Positions 48,347-61,209 are shown, counted from the stretch's first letter. The stretch: DNA of 64,000 bases from Octopus bimaculoides (GCF_001194135.2 NC_068997.1:34177131-34241130); one strand, 5' to 3'. A program made the numbers and translations. Notes: generated from the letters alone by a model not told the origin.

Positions 48347-50980
48347 GATATTTAAAACTGATATTAATAAATTCTACAGAGATTTAGGGAAACAGTCGAT
48401 AGAAGTAAAATACCTACCTGATATGAAAGAAGTGGCGACATTTTGGAAAGCATATGGGGCGATAGAAAGCTGAATGGGTAGGAGGAGAAGAAGAAAGAAT
48501 GAGTGAGATTGAAGAACAGGTACGGATGATGTTACTATGCAGGAACTAGCTCAAGCTCTATATAAAGCTCATAAGTGGAAGTCACCTGAACATGATAAAA
48601 TCCCAAACTTGTGGCTTAATAGCATCTCTCCATCACACCGTCAGTTAATGGAATATTTCTCTTATATCATCAGAAATCCCGAAAAGACTCCAAGCTGGCC
48701 AACATTAAGGGTAACATATCTACTCCCTAAAACGAGTGAAACCCCCCAAACTATAGGCTCATCACTTGTTTGACCACCATGTACAAAACGCATCTGTCCC
48801 CAACGAAAGGATGCACCAATTTCTCGATTAAAACATCTTTCCCCTTCAACAAAAAGCGTGCAAAAGAAACTCATACAGCTGCAAAGACCAGCTGGTTATA
48901 AACCGTATGATACTCGAAAATTGCTCATCTAAAAAAACGAAATTTAAGCTCAGCATAGACTAACTATAGTAAGGCATTTGACAGTGTCCCACATTTCTTT
49001 CTTGCCTTTAACTCTCCAACGCAGAGTATAGGCCACTTATAATTGAATTCCATGTCGCATAATTTTTCGCTTCTGTACTTATACTCTGCCATGAATGTCT
49101 CTCTTTTTCTAGTTCCTTTTGTGCTGATATACACCACGAGTTCTTAGGCCTACCCCTCTTTCTATATCCATCCGGATTCCACTGTAAAGCACTTTTCGCT
49201 ACATTTGGTGTGTCCTTTCTAATTGTGTTACCAATCCACTTCCACTTTTTCTTAAATATTTGCTTCCTAATCGAAACTTGATTCGTTCTTTGCCATAGCT
49301 CCATATTGCTTATGTGTTCGGTCCATCTGATTTCTATTATATTTGTGTCCCACATAGCTGAATCTTAAAGGCATTAAAATATACAAGATCTCTCTTTTTG
49401 TAAAAGGTTTTCTACGAAGAGTATGGGACTGTGTAACACAGAATTGTTTCCTAGACACGAGAAAGGCTCATATGTATCATAGAACATAAAAATATACCGT
49501 AGAATATTTCAGGACGATTCACTCTCCTTTCTCCTCATTCCCTTGTCCCACGAGCTGAATAGGACAAATCACGGTCACAAAGTGTTTGACAATATCATCT
49601 CACGTTTGCTTTACATGGATGAACTGAAATTATACGCAAAAGATGACAAGGTTCAGAAAGGGCTACTGATAACTGAAAAAATTCAGTGATGACACCATTA
49701 TGCAATATGGCAACGACAAGTGCGCAAACGCTTCGTTCAAACATGGTAAACTGACAGCTAACACCACGACCCAACTTGATCGTGGTATATCTATCAAGGA
49801 CCTGGATCAAGAAGATTTTTTATTAGTATCTTGAAGTACACGAAGGGAAATAGATTCAAAACGGATCAATGAAAGACAAGATTAGGAAAGAGTATTATGT
49901 ACGTGTCAGAATGGTTCTGATTACTGAGATGAACTTCTAGAATAGAATTGCAGCTATAAACGTCCTGACGGTACCGGTTGTTCAGTATAGCTTTAATGTC
50001 ATCAACTGAAATCTGAGTGAAATCCAGCGTATGGACATAAAGACTAGGACAGTACACAGAATGCACCACTCAAGATCAGACGTCCACAAGCTCAATCTCC
50101 CACGAAAGGAAGGCGGTAGAACCAAATCCAACTTGCACTCAATCTCAAAGGAGGCATATAAATACAGACGAGAGCTTAACCTGTCTGATTATGATGATGA
50201 TGATGATAAGGAAGACGCACCATCCACTACGGCAGCCCAAAAAATGTGAAAGAAAGGCTAAATAGGAAAATTTGAAGGTAATATCGATACTGTGGCAAGT
50301 AAAACCATTCCATGCGTAATACCCCAAACGAGCTAGGAAAGCTGATGTAGATATGAGTAGAACTAAGCAGTGGCTGCAGAGTGCTGGCTTGAAAGCCGAA
50401 ATAGAAGGATTTATCCTAGTGGAACAAGATCAGAGTCTCCTAACTTAGAACTAACAAGCCAATATCACACACAATGAGGTAGACACAAAGGGTAGACTCT
50501 GAAATGTCAAACTGGAGAGTATTGAGCACATTGTTGCTGGTTGCTCAGTCCTTGCCCCTACAAAATATAAAACCAGGTATGATCGAGTTGGCAGTACTTG
50601 CACTAGAACGTATGCTATCATTATGATAAGCGCACTCTAAAGGTTGGTACGAACACCATCCAGAGCCAGTCACTGAGGGAGAGAATGTTATCATCCTATG
50701 GGATTATGAGACAGGCAAATAAATGAAAACCGACCATACATTATCACCAAAGACGTAAGACAAAAAGCATGCCTGTTAATTGATATGACAGAACCTACTG
50801 ATAGAAAAACTGTCGAAATAAAAGGACCTTGAGATTGAGATATTTAGGTAATTAAAAATCAAAATGTTGACATCGACCGACCACATTCTCAGGACGTTTC
50901 TCTCCAATCTAATATATGCGTGCCTTACGTCTCTGGTTGAGACCCAACAAGAAGATGAAAAGAATTGTGAATCAATCGGG
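48345..50980 (+). mobile_element. Heavily decayed R4/Dong-like element(s) with nested RTE; terminal 3' UTR at 50880-50980
   Basis: KWKSPEHDKIPNLWL; KAFDSVPH; IFQDDSLS; LLYMDELKLY; SIEHIVAGCSVLAP; ends in (AAT)n at 50981. Confidence 0.8.
48990..49440 (-). mobile_element. 3' end of an RTE-clade LINE
   Basis: IRWTEHISNMELWQRTNQ..KWKWIGNTIRK..ALQWNPDGYRKRGRPKNSW; GAAA-rich end. Confidence 0.85.
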
Positions 50981-51029
50981 AAATAATAATAATGATGATG
51001 ATGATAACAACAACAACAACAACAACAAC

Positions 51030-51083
<54 letters not shown>

Positions 51084-51084
<1 letters not shown>

Positions 51085-53860
51085 GAAAACAAGAGAAGAG
51101 ATCTGTCAATCCTTAATGAAACTAGTAGACAATCAAGCAACTAGAAGAGAACAAAAATACTGCGCAATTGCAAAATTACAGAAAAAGGCTTACCTGAGGT
51201 AAAGCAACATATCTTTCCCAAAGCACAAAGAATCCGCCGGTATGAGAAACGCCAACGTTTCTTTGAACAAAACAAACAGTTCAACTACAACCCCAAAAGA
51301 TTCTACCAAGAACTTGGCAAAATTAAAATAGACATCAATGCAGCACGAACAACAGAAGTGGAAGAATGTTGGAAAGAAATATGGTCAACGAAGGAACAAC
51401 CTCAGAAAAGGTGTACCAAAACAATGAACTCAGCACCTGAACAACTCTGGATCCCTATAACGACTGAAGATGTCAACCAGGCACTGTAAAAATTAAGTAA
51501 ATGGAAGGAACCCAGGCACGATAAGATCCTCAACTTCTGATTAAAATATGTAACAGGAACACATAAAAAAAAACTGACTGAAAACTTTAATCACATACTA
51601 GCAGAGCCAGAGACAATGCCTGAATGGCTCACGGAAGGGAAAACTCCCCTAATTCCCGAATCCACTGAAACGGCAAACCCACAAAATTACAGTCAAATTA
51701 CTTGTCTCCCTACAATACACAAATTCACAAAGCCTTTACTGCAATAATATTGCAGAGAATGGGCAAACATCTAGAAGAAATATAACCTGTTTCCAGAAGA
51801 GCAGAAGGGATGTTGCAAGAGCTCTTACGGCTGTTAAGATCAACTAATGATCAATAAAGCCATAATTGAAGACAGCCGCAGAAAGAAGAAGGGTCTAAGT
51901 ATGGCCTGGATCGATTACTGAAAGCCTTTTGATAGTATTCCTCACACATGGATCCTAGAAACACTAACCATGAACAAAGTAGCACCAATAATCATAAAAT
52001 ATACCAAACATTCCATGAATAAATGGCAGACAGTGCTATAGCTCCAAGCAAAAGAGGGACTCATAAAAACCAAAGCCGTTCCCATTAGAAGAGGAATATT
52101 CCAGGGAGACACACCCTCGTCACTCCTTTTTTGCTTGACACTGACACCTTTATCTGACATGCTAAACCGAACTGGATGCGGATACAACTATTACGGCAAA
52201 ACAATCAGCTACCTCTTATATATGGATGATCTAAAACAGTATTCTACAAATGATAAACAGTTGGAAGCATTACTACAGACAGTACATGGATTTACCAAAG
52301 AAATAAATATGAAATTTGGCTAAGAAAAATGTGCCAAAGCAACCTTGAAAAGAGGAAAACCAGTTAAGAGTAACAACATCATACTAGATAAATCAAATGA
52401 AATAAGAGAATTAGACCAAAGCCAGATAAACAAATATTTAAGAATCAATGAACAAGATACGATACAACACACACAAATGGAAGATAAAATGAAAAAAAAG
52501 AATACTATAGACGAGTTAGATTAATACCGAAAACAGAGCTCAATGCGAAAAACAAGATAATAGGTGTCAACACTTTAACCTTCCCAGTTATAAGTCACAG
52601 TTAAAATATCTTTAGTTGGACGCTAAATGAACTAATCAAAATAGACAGGAAAACTAGAAAAATGACAGGACTTAGGATGCACCACCCAAATTCTGACATA
52701 GAAATGTTATATATACAACGTATAGAAGGTGGTAGAGGACTTATATAGCTACAAAAATATTACAAAATAACTACCATAGGACTACAAAAATACCTACTTC
52801 TGAAGCACGGAAAACTAATACAAAAATAGCCACAAAACACGAACAGAACAAAAACTCTTTTCAGTCTTTAAGGAAGCTGACAAATACAAACAAGAAGTCA
52901 CACTACCTAACAAATATGAAGGAAAAGAAGAAACAACAAAAGCTGTAAAACAAATGAAATCAAAACTAGAACAGCGACGGATCATGATGAAACGAGGGCA
53001 AGAAAAACCCCTTCATGGCAAATATTGGGTTAAACTAAATAGAAAAGAAATAGACAAAGCAAAATCCCAACAATAACTGAGAAGCTCAAGACTCAAAGCA
53101 GAGACTGAAGGATTTTCAATTTCAGCACAAGACCAAAGCCTCCCCACCAGAAATTACCAAAAATATATAATGAAAAGAAGCATAACAAGCAACTGCAGAA
53201 TATGTGGAGATGGAGATGAAACAATAAATTATATTGACTCTGGCTGCCCACTCTTGGCTAAGAGGGAATATATTCCCAGACACGACAGAGTTGGGATCTA
53301 TATACACTGGAAGCTATGCAAACACTATGGAATAACAACAGAAAAAAGATGGTATAGGCACACACCAGAAAAGGTCACAGAAAATGAAAAGGCAACAATA
53401 CTATGGGATATGCCAATACACACAGATAGGGAAATTAAGGCAAATAGACCAGATAATAGTTGCGGAGATCGTGAAGATATAAAATGCTTTCTAATTGATG
53501 TATCAATTGCAACAGATGACAATGTTTCTCTAAAAGAAATGGAGAAACTTTCAAAATACAAAGACCTGGAAATAGAAGTAACTCGAATGTGGAATCTAAA
53601 AACAGAAACAATTCCTATCATAGTAGGTGCCTTAGGTATAATAAAAAATATTCAGACAAATACATAACAAAAACACTAGGACTTACAAACATATATAACA
53701 TAGAGAAAATAGCACTAATAGGCACCGCACACATCCTACGTAAAACACTTTCAATACAGTAACCATAAGAGCATTACAGCAAACCACAGCACATACCCAG
53801 GGCACACAGACCTGCGCTCGGTAGTGCAGTGAAAGCACGTGATGAAAATAAGACTACTGA
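51084..53860 (+). mobile_element. Longest 3'-intact R4/Dong-like family A copy (RT, CCHC, RLE, 3' UTR), with stops and frameshifts
   Basis: MAWIDY (51901), GIFQGD (52093), YMDDLK (52219), CRICGDGDETINYIDSGCP, NRPD..LIDVS..KYKDLEIE; (AAT)n on both sides. Confidence 0.93.
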
Positions 53861-53974
53861 ATAATAATAATAATNNNNNNNNNNNNNNNNNNNNNNNNNN
53901 NNNNNNNNNNNNNNNNNNNNNNNNNNNNNNNNNNNNNNNNNNNNNNNNNNNNNNNNNNNNNNNNNNNNNNNNNN

Positions 53975-54135
53975 TAATAATCCTTTCTACTATAGGCACA
54001 AGGCCTGAAATTTGGGGGATTGGGCAGACGATTACATCGACCACAGTGTTTCACTGGTACTTAATTTTTCGACCCTGACAGGATGAAAGGCAAAGTCGAC
54101 CTCGGCTGCATTTCAACTCAGAACATACGCCTTCA
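53975..54135 (-). mobile_element. SINE type A, 5'-truncated
   Basis: ATCCTTTCTACTATAGGCACAAGGCC..GCAAAGTCGACCTCGG. Confidence 0.85.
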
Positions 54136-54169
54136 ATAATAATACTAGTAATAATAATAATAATAATAA

Positions 54170-54231
<62 letters not shown>

Positions 54232-54250
54232 ATAATAATAATAAGTATTA

Positions 54251-54778
54251 ATCCACTGGAAGTTATGTAGAAGGCTACGATTTGAACATACTGATAAATG
54301 GTATAAACATGAACCTAGTAAAGTACTAGAAAATATGAAATATAAAATCTTGTGGGACCTTAACATTCAGACTGACAGAATAATAGAAGCTAGAACGCAT
54401 GGTTTAGCAGTGGTAGATAAAGAGAATAGAAAGCGGTAGATATTTGACTTTACAGTCCCAAATGATGACAAGGTCAATGCGAGACGTATCGGAAAAGTAG
54501 TGTAGTACGAGGACCTAGCCATTGAATTACAGAGACTACGGAAAATGCGGGCAAAACATATCCCAGTAGTTGCAGGTGGATTAGGAATTGTCCCTTAAGA
54601 TTTGAAAAGATGGATAGAGGAAATAGACATAAAACTCACTTTAGTGCAGCTTCAGAAAACTGTTATTAGGGAGAGTTAGGATACTTAGGAGGGTACTTGG
54701 GATCTAAGATTATGTGTTGTAGCCCGATGTTAAGAATTTTTCTTTTTTTCCAACAGTCTAATCTGTTTTGTGTATATA

Positions 54779-54780
<2 letters not shown>
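54251..54780 (+). mobile_element. 3' end of R4/Dong-like family B
   Basis: KWYKHEPSKVLEN..ILWDLNIQTDRIIEAR..KHIPVVAGGLG; the UTR matches 12810-12880 on the reverse strand; (AAT)n tail. Confidence 0.88.
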
Positions 54781-54840
<60 letters not shown>

Positions 54841-54940
54841 CAACAACAAGAACAAAAACAACAACAATAACAACAACAACAATAATAACAATAACAATAT
54901 TAATAATAATAATAATAATAATAATGATAATAATAATAAT

Positions 54941-55202
54941 AATGCCCTGATGCAGTACAATGCCCTGATGCAGTACCAGGCAGTGGCTCTCATGGCTTCT
55001 GATCTTAATCGATTGGAAGTGTTATCATGTATATTGTTTTGTCTTGGTATAAAAGATGGGCTACAGCAAATATTCTGCTTAATACCACAGATTTGCTTGT
55101 CAGTTGTTTGACCTTAACCAGTTGAGCATGTCCCTAGGTGGCTGACGATATGTGCATCTCTGATCATGAGCAGAAGTAGTGGGGGAGCATCATAGCCATG
55201 TG
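54941..55202 (+). mobile_element. 5' part of the non-coding TAA-tailed element, with an 18-bp tandem duplication of its 5' end
   Basis: AATGCCCTGATGCAGTAC occurs twice (54941-54976); the element runs into a gap. Confidence 0.88.
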
Positions 55203-55841
55203 NNNNNNNNNNNNNNNNNNNNNNNNNNNNNNNNNNNNNNNNNNNNNNNNNNNNNNNNNNNNNNNNNNNNNNNNNNNNNNNNNNNNNNNNNNNNNNNNNN
55301 NNNNNNNNNNNNNNNNNNNNNNNNNNNNNNNNNNNNNNNNNNNNNNNNNNNNNNNNNNNNNNNNNNNNNNNNNNNNNNNNNNNNNNNNNNNNNNNNNNNN
55401 NNNNNNNNNNNNNNNNNNNNNNNNNNNNNNNNNNNNNNNNNNNNNNNNNNNNNNNNNNNNNNNNNNNNNNNNNNNNNNNNNNNNNNNNNNNNNNNNNNNN
55501 NNNNNNNNNNNNNNNNNNNNNNNNNNNNNNNNNNNNNNNNNNNNNNNNNNNNNNNNNNNNNNNNNNNNNNNNNNNNNNNNNNNNNNNNNNNNNNNNNNNN
55601 NNNNNNNNNNNNNNNNNNNNNNNNNNNNNNNNNNNNNNNNNNNNNNNNNNNNNNNNNNNNNNNNNNNNNNNNNNNNNNNNNNNNNNNNNNNNNNNNNNNN
55701 NNNNNNNNNNNNNNNNNNNNNNNNNNNNNNNNNNNNNNNNNNNNNNNNNNNNNNNNNNNNNNNNNNNNNNNNNNNNNNNNNNNNNNNNNNNNNNNNNNNN
55801 NNNNNNNNNNNNNNNNNNNNNNNNNNNNNNNNNNNNNNNNN

Positions 55842-55874
<33 letters not shown>

Positions 55875-55879
<5 letters not shown>

Positions 55880-57293
55880 TCTCTCCGCTACTCTTCGTCA
55901 TTGCGTTAATACTTGTTTTATACGGATGATCTTAAACTATGTACAAGGATTGAGAAAGACCTAAATTCTTTGATCGAAACGTAAGAGAATTCAGCAAGGA
56001 TACTTGAGTGCAGTCTGGTGTAAATATATGCGCAGTGCCAATAGGAAGAAAGGCCGGAAGTTAAACTCTGATGACATAAAATTACCGCAAGAGTACACCA
56101 TTAGATCGCTGTGGATTAATAACGGGGTGCTGCCAGGCGATATAATAATGAAAGAACAAATTAAAGGGAAAATCTCTAAAGAATACAAGAGGGGGATGAG
56201 GAAGGTGTTAAAAAATTAGTGTAGGAAATATTGTTAAAGCAATAATTACATAAGCTATGCAAGTATTAAAATATTCTGCTCCCTTTCTGAGTTGGACAAA
56301 AGTAGAGCTACAGAATCTGGATAGAAGAACTAGAAAATTGCTCCCAATGCACAACGTACACCACTTTAAAAATAATACCGACAGTTTCTATCTACAAAGA
56401 AAGGAAGGGGACAGGGGATCGCCAAACGCGGAAGATACCATTAGTATTGCAATGCTGCAGTGGAAAAATTATATTGGGCGGAGTGAGGAAAGAATACTAT
56501 CGGAAGCTAGATATGCCTCAAAAGTTAATAAAACGTAAGGAGAATTGAAGAAGAGAAGGAAGAACAATAAAGCAAGCTACTAGAAAGAAATGGAATTAAC
56601 TGGCCAATTCATGCAAAAAAACCCCAAGAATCCTGGAATTAAGGGACATGGAAACCAGAAACAAAAGACCGAAACGTTAATTATAGCTGTTCAGGAACAA
56701 TTCATTAGAACGATTATAGTAAAGGCAAAGATTGCCAAAACTCAATCAGAGAGCAATTGTAAAATCTACTGGAAAGATCTCTTGAGTGAGTGCAGTAAGC
56801 TAGAACGAAAACATGACTAAGTAGGTAAAAGAGTGCATTGGGATGTTAGCCAGAGGCTGTCATAGAAAATGAGAATTATAGGATCTTACGGGAATTTCCC
56901 CACAAAGATTGACCATACAATTGAAGAAAGAAGACCAGATATGATTGTAAAGGACAAAATAAACAGCATAAGAACGGAGACATTACAATTCCCTGTGATA
57001 GGAGAGTCGATATCAAAAGAATTGAAAACATTGAGAAAGTTCAGGAACTCGTCAGAAATCTGAAGAAACGGTGGAAGGCTAAGACAACGGTGATAATCGG
57101 GGTACCTGATACAACATTGAAAATGCTACTTAAACGACACAAAGATATCAGAATTGTGACTCGAATTATTGATCTGCAGAAAAATACCATACTGTATTCT
57201 AAGAGTCTTACGAAAGATTCTTGAGATTTGAGGAGACTTGTAAACACACCTGAAAATAACATTCCTGCTAATTAAATTAGCATGTACCAGGTT
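55875..57293 (+). mobile_element. Decayed R4/Dong-like 3' portion ending in a (GAT)n tail
   Basis: SPLLFVIAL, LYTDDLKL, LDRRTRKLL, IIAVQEQFIRT, ERRPDMIV; tail GATAATGATGATAAA(GAT)n. Confidence 0.8.
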
Positions 57294-57409
57294 GATAATG
57301 ATGATAAAGATGATGATGATGATGATGATGATAATAAATGCAGTACAGAACAGTGGTTCTCATAGTTTCTTAAGTGTTAGCATATACAGTTTTTTTTGTC
57401 TTAGTGTAA

Positions 57410-58345
57410 AAGGTGAGCTGCAGCAAATATTCTGCTTAATACCACAGATTTGCTTTCCGTTGCTTGACCTTAATCAGTTGAGCATGTTCCCGACAATTTG
57501 TGTATCTCTGATTACGGTCAGGAGTAGTGGGATAACATCATAACCATGTGGGAGAGGGATTTTTTGAGGTTTGAATAATTCACCTCTAAAAACAAGACCA
57601 AGATTGGCTACTTGGCCTGCAGAATATTTCAAGGTCACACGCTGTTTACCTTGATATGAAGTCACTATGTCGCACAATGTGGTTATGGTGCATGTGCCTG
57701 GTGTACCTTTATCAGACGGGTAGTCATGATAGGCATATTGGGCTTTGTATATCTGTACGCAGTGTTACTTTTATGGCATGCGTATGGGCTCTGCCATGAT
57801 GCAGTACCAAACAGCGGCTCTCATGGCTTTTGATATTAACTGATTGGTAGTGTTATCATGTACTTGTTTTGTCTTGGTAAAAAATGATGTATTACAAGAA
57901 ATATTCTGCTCAATACCACAGATTTGCTAGTCACTTGTTTGACTTTAGCCAGTTGAGTATGTCCCTTAGTGGCTGACGATATGTGCATCTCTGATCACGA
58001 GCAGAGGTAGTGGGGAGCATCATAGCCATGTGTTGAGAGGAATTCTTTGGGGTTTGGATAAATCACCCCTGGAAAGATGGGTGTTACATTCATCATCCTT
58101 GAACAACCCTTATTCAGGGATCTTTTGAGCGGGAAAGGCTACTAAGCCTGAAGAAAACTGTAAGTGGTCCTCACCTGAAAGATCATGCGCTGTTTACCTT
58201 GATATAAGATCATCATGTCGCGTACACGTGGTTGTAATGCATGTACCTTGTGTACTCTTATCAGATGGGTAGTCACGATGGGTATACTGGGCTTCGTATA
58301 TTTCTATCCTAGTGTCACTTTGATGGCATGCTCTGCTCTCTCACT
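57410..58345 (+). mobile_element. Head-to-tail tandem of two non-coding TAA-tailed elements (deleted copy 57410-57790, full copy 57791-58345)
   Basis: The full copy starts GCCATGATGCAGTACC and ends CTCTCACTC(AAT)n. Confidence 0.88.
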
Positions 58346-58382
58346 CAATAATAATAGCAACAACAACAACAACGATTTCTTT

Positions 58383-58436
<54 letters not shown>

Positions 58437-58437
<1 letters not shown>

Positions 58438-58700
58438 TGAAAACTGTAAATGTTTATATAATAATAATTGGTGCATTGGGAACTGTAAGCAAAGATATAG
58501 ACGAATGGTTGGAGATTGGAATATAATATCCTGTAGAGCTTTGTACAGAAAGTTTGCCTCTTAGGGACAGGGAATATTATCAAGAGTGCCTTAAGCTCTT
58601 AAAAGACTACTGAAAGCTTGTGGGTACCTAATGTTACAGGTAGTAAACCCGTTACCCACATAAATTCTACCAGGAATAAGTACGAACCTAAGTCAAGTCA
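58437..58700 (+). mobile_element. 3' end of an R4/Dong-like element, distinct 3' UTR
   Basis: IIIGALGTVSKDIDEWLEIGI..LQKVCLLGT; (AAT)n on both sides. Confidence 0.8.
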
Positions 58701-58714
58701 ATAATAATAATAAT

Positions 58715-58860
58715 AATCATTTTTATTATAGGCAGGAAGCTTGAAATTTTAGGGGTGGAGCTTGGTCCGCTGTGCTCCTCTCTAATTTATTTTATCGATC
58801 CCGAAAGGATGAAAGACAAAGCTAACCCTGACAGGATTTGAACTCAAAATATAAAGAGCC
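58715..58860 (-). mobile_element. Decayed SINE type A
   Basis: TTTTATCGATCCCGAAAGGATGAAAG..GATTTGAACTC. Confidence 0.7.
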
Positions 58861-59659
58861 TGAACAACTGTCTGAAGGCAAGAAAGGCTATAATTTGCTG
58901 CCTGCTTTCCACCCAACTTCACTCTACTTACGCGTGACCATTATCCACGAAAGCTATCCCATAGCACTCTCCCACACTCCCCATTAGAGGAAACACTTTC
59001 AGTCAAGTGTGGAATACTTCCGGTTGTTTTATACTAACGAGGACATCGGCATTGACCATAGCGTTACAAGTGTTATACTGATGGGTGAATGCCACCCAGT
59101 TTTAGTGATTAAGAGAGATTCTTCTTGGATTGTACCTTTAAGGCAACTTTACGTCGGCTTGGAATGAGAACAGGGGATATTGGTTTAAAGAGTTAAGAAT
59201 AACAAAAAATTTGTGTTCTATACCGGCAGCAACGGTGTGGGTTATATAAATGCCACGAGGAGTTGTGCGCGTCGAAATTACTGGGGACGATGACCTCGGA
59301 GAAAGGATAGGTGAAACATTTTATCAATGCAAAAAGAAATGTGATGAACGCATTGCATAGTGGTTCGGGAATTTCGGAGTGCGATATAGAGAAATATATC
59401 AAGGATATGATATTCTGGTTACTCCAGGTCTCTACACTTGTTTCGGGGCTGACGTTGAGTAACAAGGATACATCATTAATAAAGTGCGAATGGCGACAAA
59501 AGACAAACAAGCCAACTGATTGGTGGATCAATGAAAGGATTACAGAAGCAAACGATTAATTAATTGGTTAACTAACTGGCTGATAATAATTTCGAAAATG
59601 TAAAATAGAACCAGTGTGTGCGCCTGTTTCTTATAGACAAAAAGACTTTTCCAAAATAC

Positions 59660-59712
<53 letters not shown>

Positions 59713-59794
59713 GTGTGTGTGTTTTTTGTGTTCTATCTTTTTATGCGTTATTCAAAGATAATATTAGTGAACCTGCAAACAGAGGACGGGACCT

Positions 59795-60293
59795 TGATAT
59801 CAGGCACATCTGCGACAATGTGACAGCATCACTTTCGTAACTTTTTGGCTCGTGGATCCTTGTTTTTCCTTTAATGTCTTATGTTTTTGTTATCATCGGA
59901 GTCTACTAAAGACAGAAACTACTTCGTAGAAGGTGCATAACATCTGGATATGTTGAAACTGTTCAATTACTCTTTGCCACAAATATTTTCTTTGCTAAGT
60001 CTTAATCTTGCAGGAGTCGAACTACGATAAGGCTGTACTGATGTTACTCATTAAACAGAATCACATGGATGCAACTGCCATGCTCTCTCCAGTCAGTCAG
60101 GCTCCAAATTAATCGCATGTCGATTTCGGAGAACGCTTAATTTTTGAGATGATCTCTTCCTTATCATTTCGAGTTGGTTGCACTTTTGTGTGTGTGTTTG
60201 TGTGTGTTTGTGTGTGTGTGTGTGTGTATGTGAGTGGCGTGTGTGTGTACATGCACGTGTGAGAGAGTGAGAAAGAGAGAGAGAGAGAGAGAG

Positions 60294-60366
<73 letters not shown>

Positions 60367-60659
60367 GAGAGAAGTGTGTGTGTGTGTGTTTGTACACTAT
60401 TTTGTAACTTGTTTCAAGCTTTCAAACTGCGGTCATATAGGGAGTCATCTTAAAATATTGATTTCAAAATTTGGCATATGATCAACAAATTCGAGCGGAG
60501 GAGGCAAGTCGATTATATCGACCCCCAGTGCTCAACTCGTAATCATTTTATCGCCTCTAAAGGATGAAATGCAAAGTCGACCTCGGCGGACTTTGAACTC
60601 TGAGCCAAGAAGGTTACGAAAGTGATGCTATCACACTGTCGCAGATGCGCCTGATATCA
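59795..60659. repeat. 57-bp inverted repeat pair (59795-59851 / 60602-60659)
   Basis: The first 47 positions differ by three transitions only. Confidence 0.95.
60455..60601 (-). mobile_element. 5'-truncated SINE type A
   Basis: Begins at the B box GAGTTCAAAGTCCGCCGAGGTCGAC on the minus strand. Confidence 0.8.
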
Positions 60660-60735
60660 GCAACCACAACAAATACAACTACCGTTCCCACCAACAAGAC
60701 AGCAAATAAAAGGGGGAAACGAATCGCGTCAGAAC
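60614..60735 (-). CDS. Candidate terminal exon encoding a transmembrane-like segment and short tail
   Basis: Acceptor GATGTTTCTTTCCAG|G, phase 1; translation (G)SDAIRFPLLFAVLLVGTVVVFVVVADIRRICDSVIASLS*. The Val run could instead be decayed (GTT)n. Confidence 0.3.
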
Positions 60736-60834
60736 CTGGAAAGAAACATCTAAAATATTGTGGTGTGTGTGTGTGTGACAGAGAGGGGGAGAAAGACTGA
60801 GAGAGAAAGAGTGAGGGTGGAGGGTGGAAGAGAA

Positions 60835-61050
60835 ATATCTTTTCTACTACAGGCAGAAGGCCTGAAATTTGGGGGAAAGGGACCAGTCGATTAGATCGAC
60901 CCCAGTACGCAACTGATACTTAATTTATCGACTCCGAAAGGATGAAAGGCAAAGTCGACCTTGGTGGAATTTGAACTCAGAACGTAATGACAGACGAAAT
61001 CCCGCTAAGCATTTCGCCCGGCGTACTAACGTTTCTGCAACTCGTCGTCT
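60835..61050 (-). mobile_element. Near full-length SINE type A
   Basis: CTTTTCTACTACAGGC..GAATTTGAACTCAGAACGT..GCTAAGCATTTCGCCCGG. Confidence 0.88.
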
Positions 61051-61209
61051 TCGGAAGACAAATATCGACAATATGTGTTATAATGTTGGTTTGGAAAGAA
61101 CGACAATGTTAAGAGACAAAGAAACAATCAACAGAGGCCATGTCGCCAGATTTTATATTTTTCTTTTCTGTTACCGTTGTTGTTGACAGTTAAGCCACTT
61201 ACAGATATA

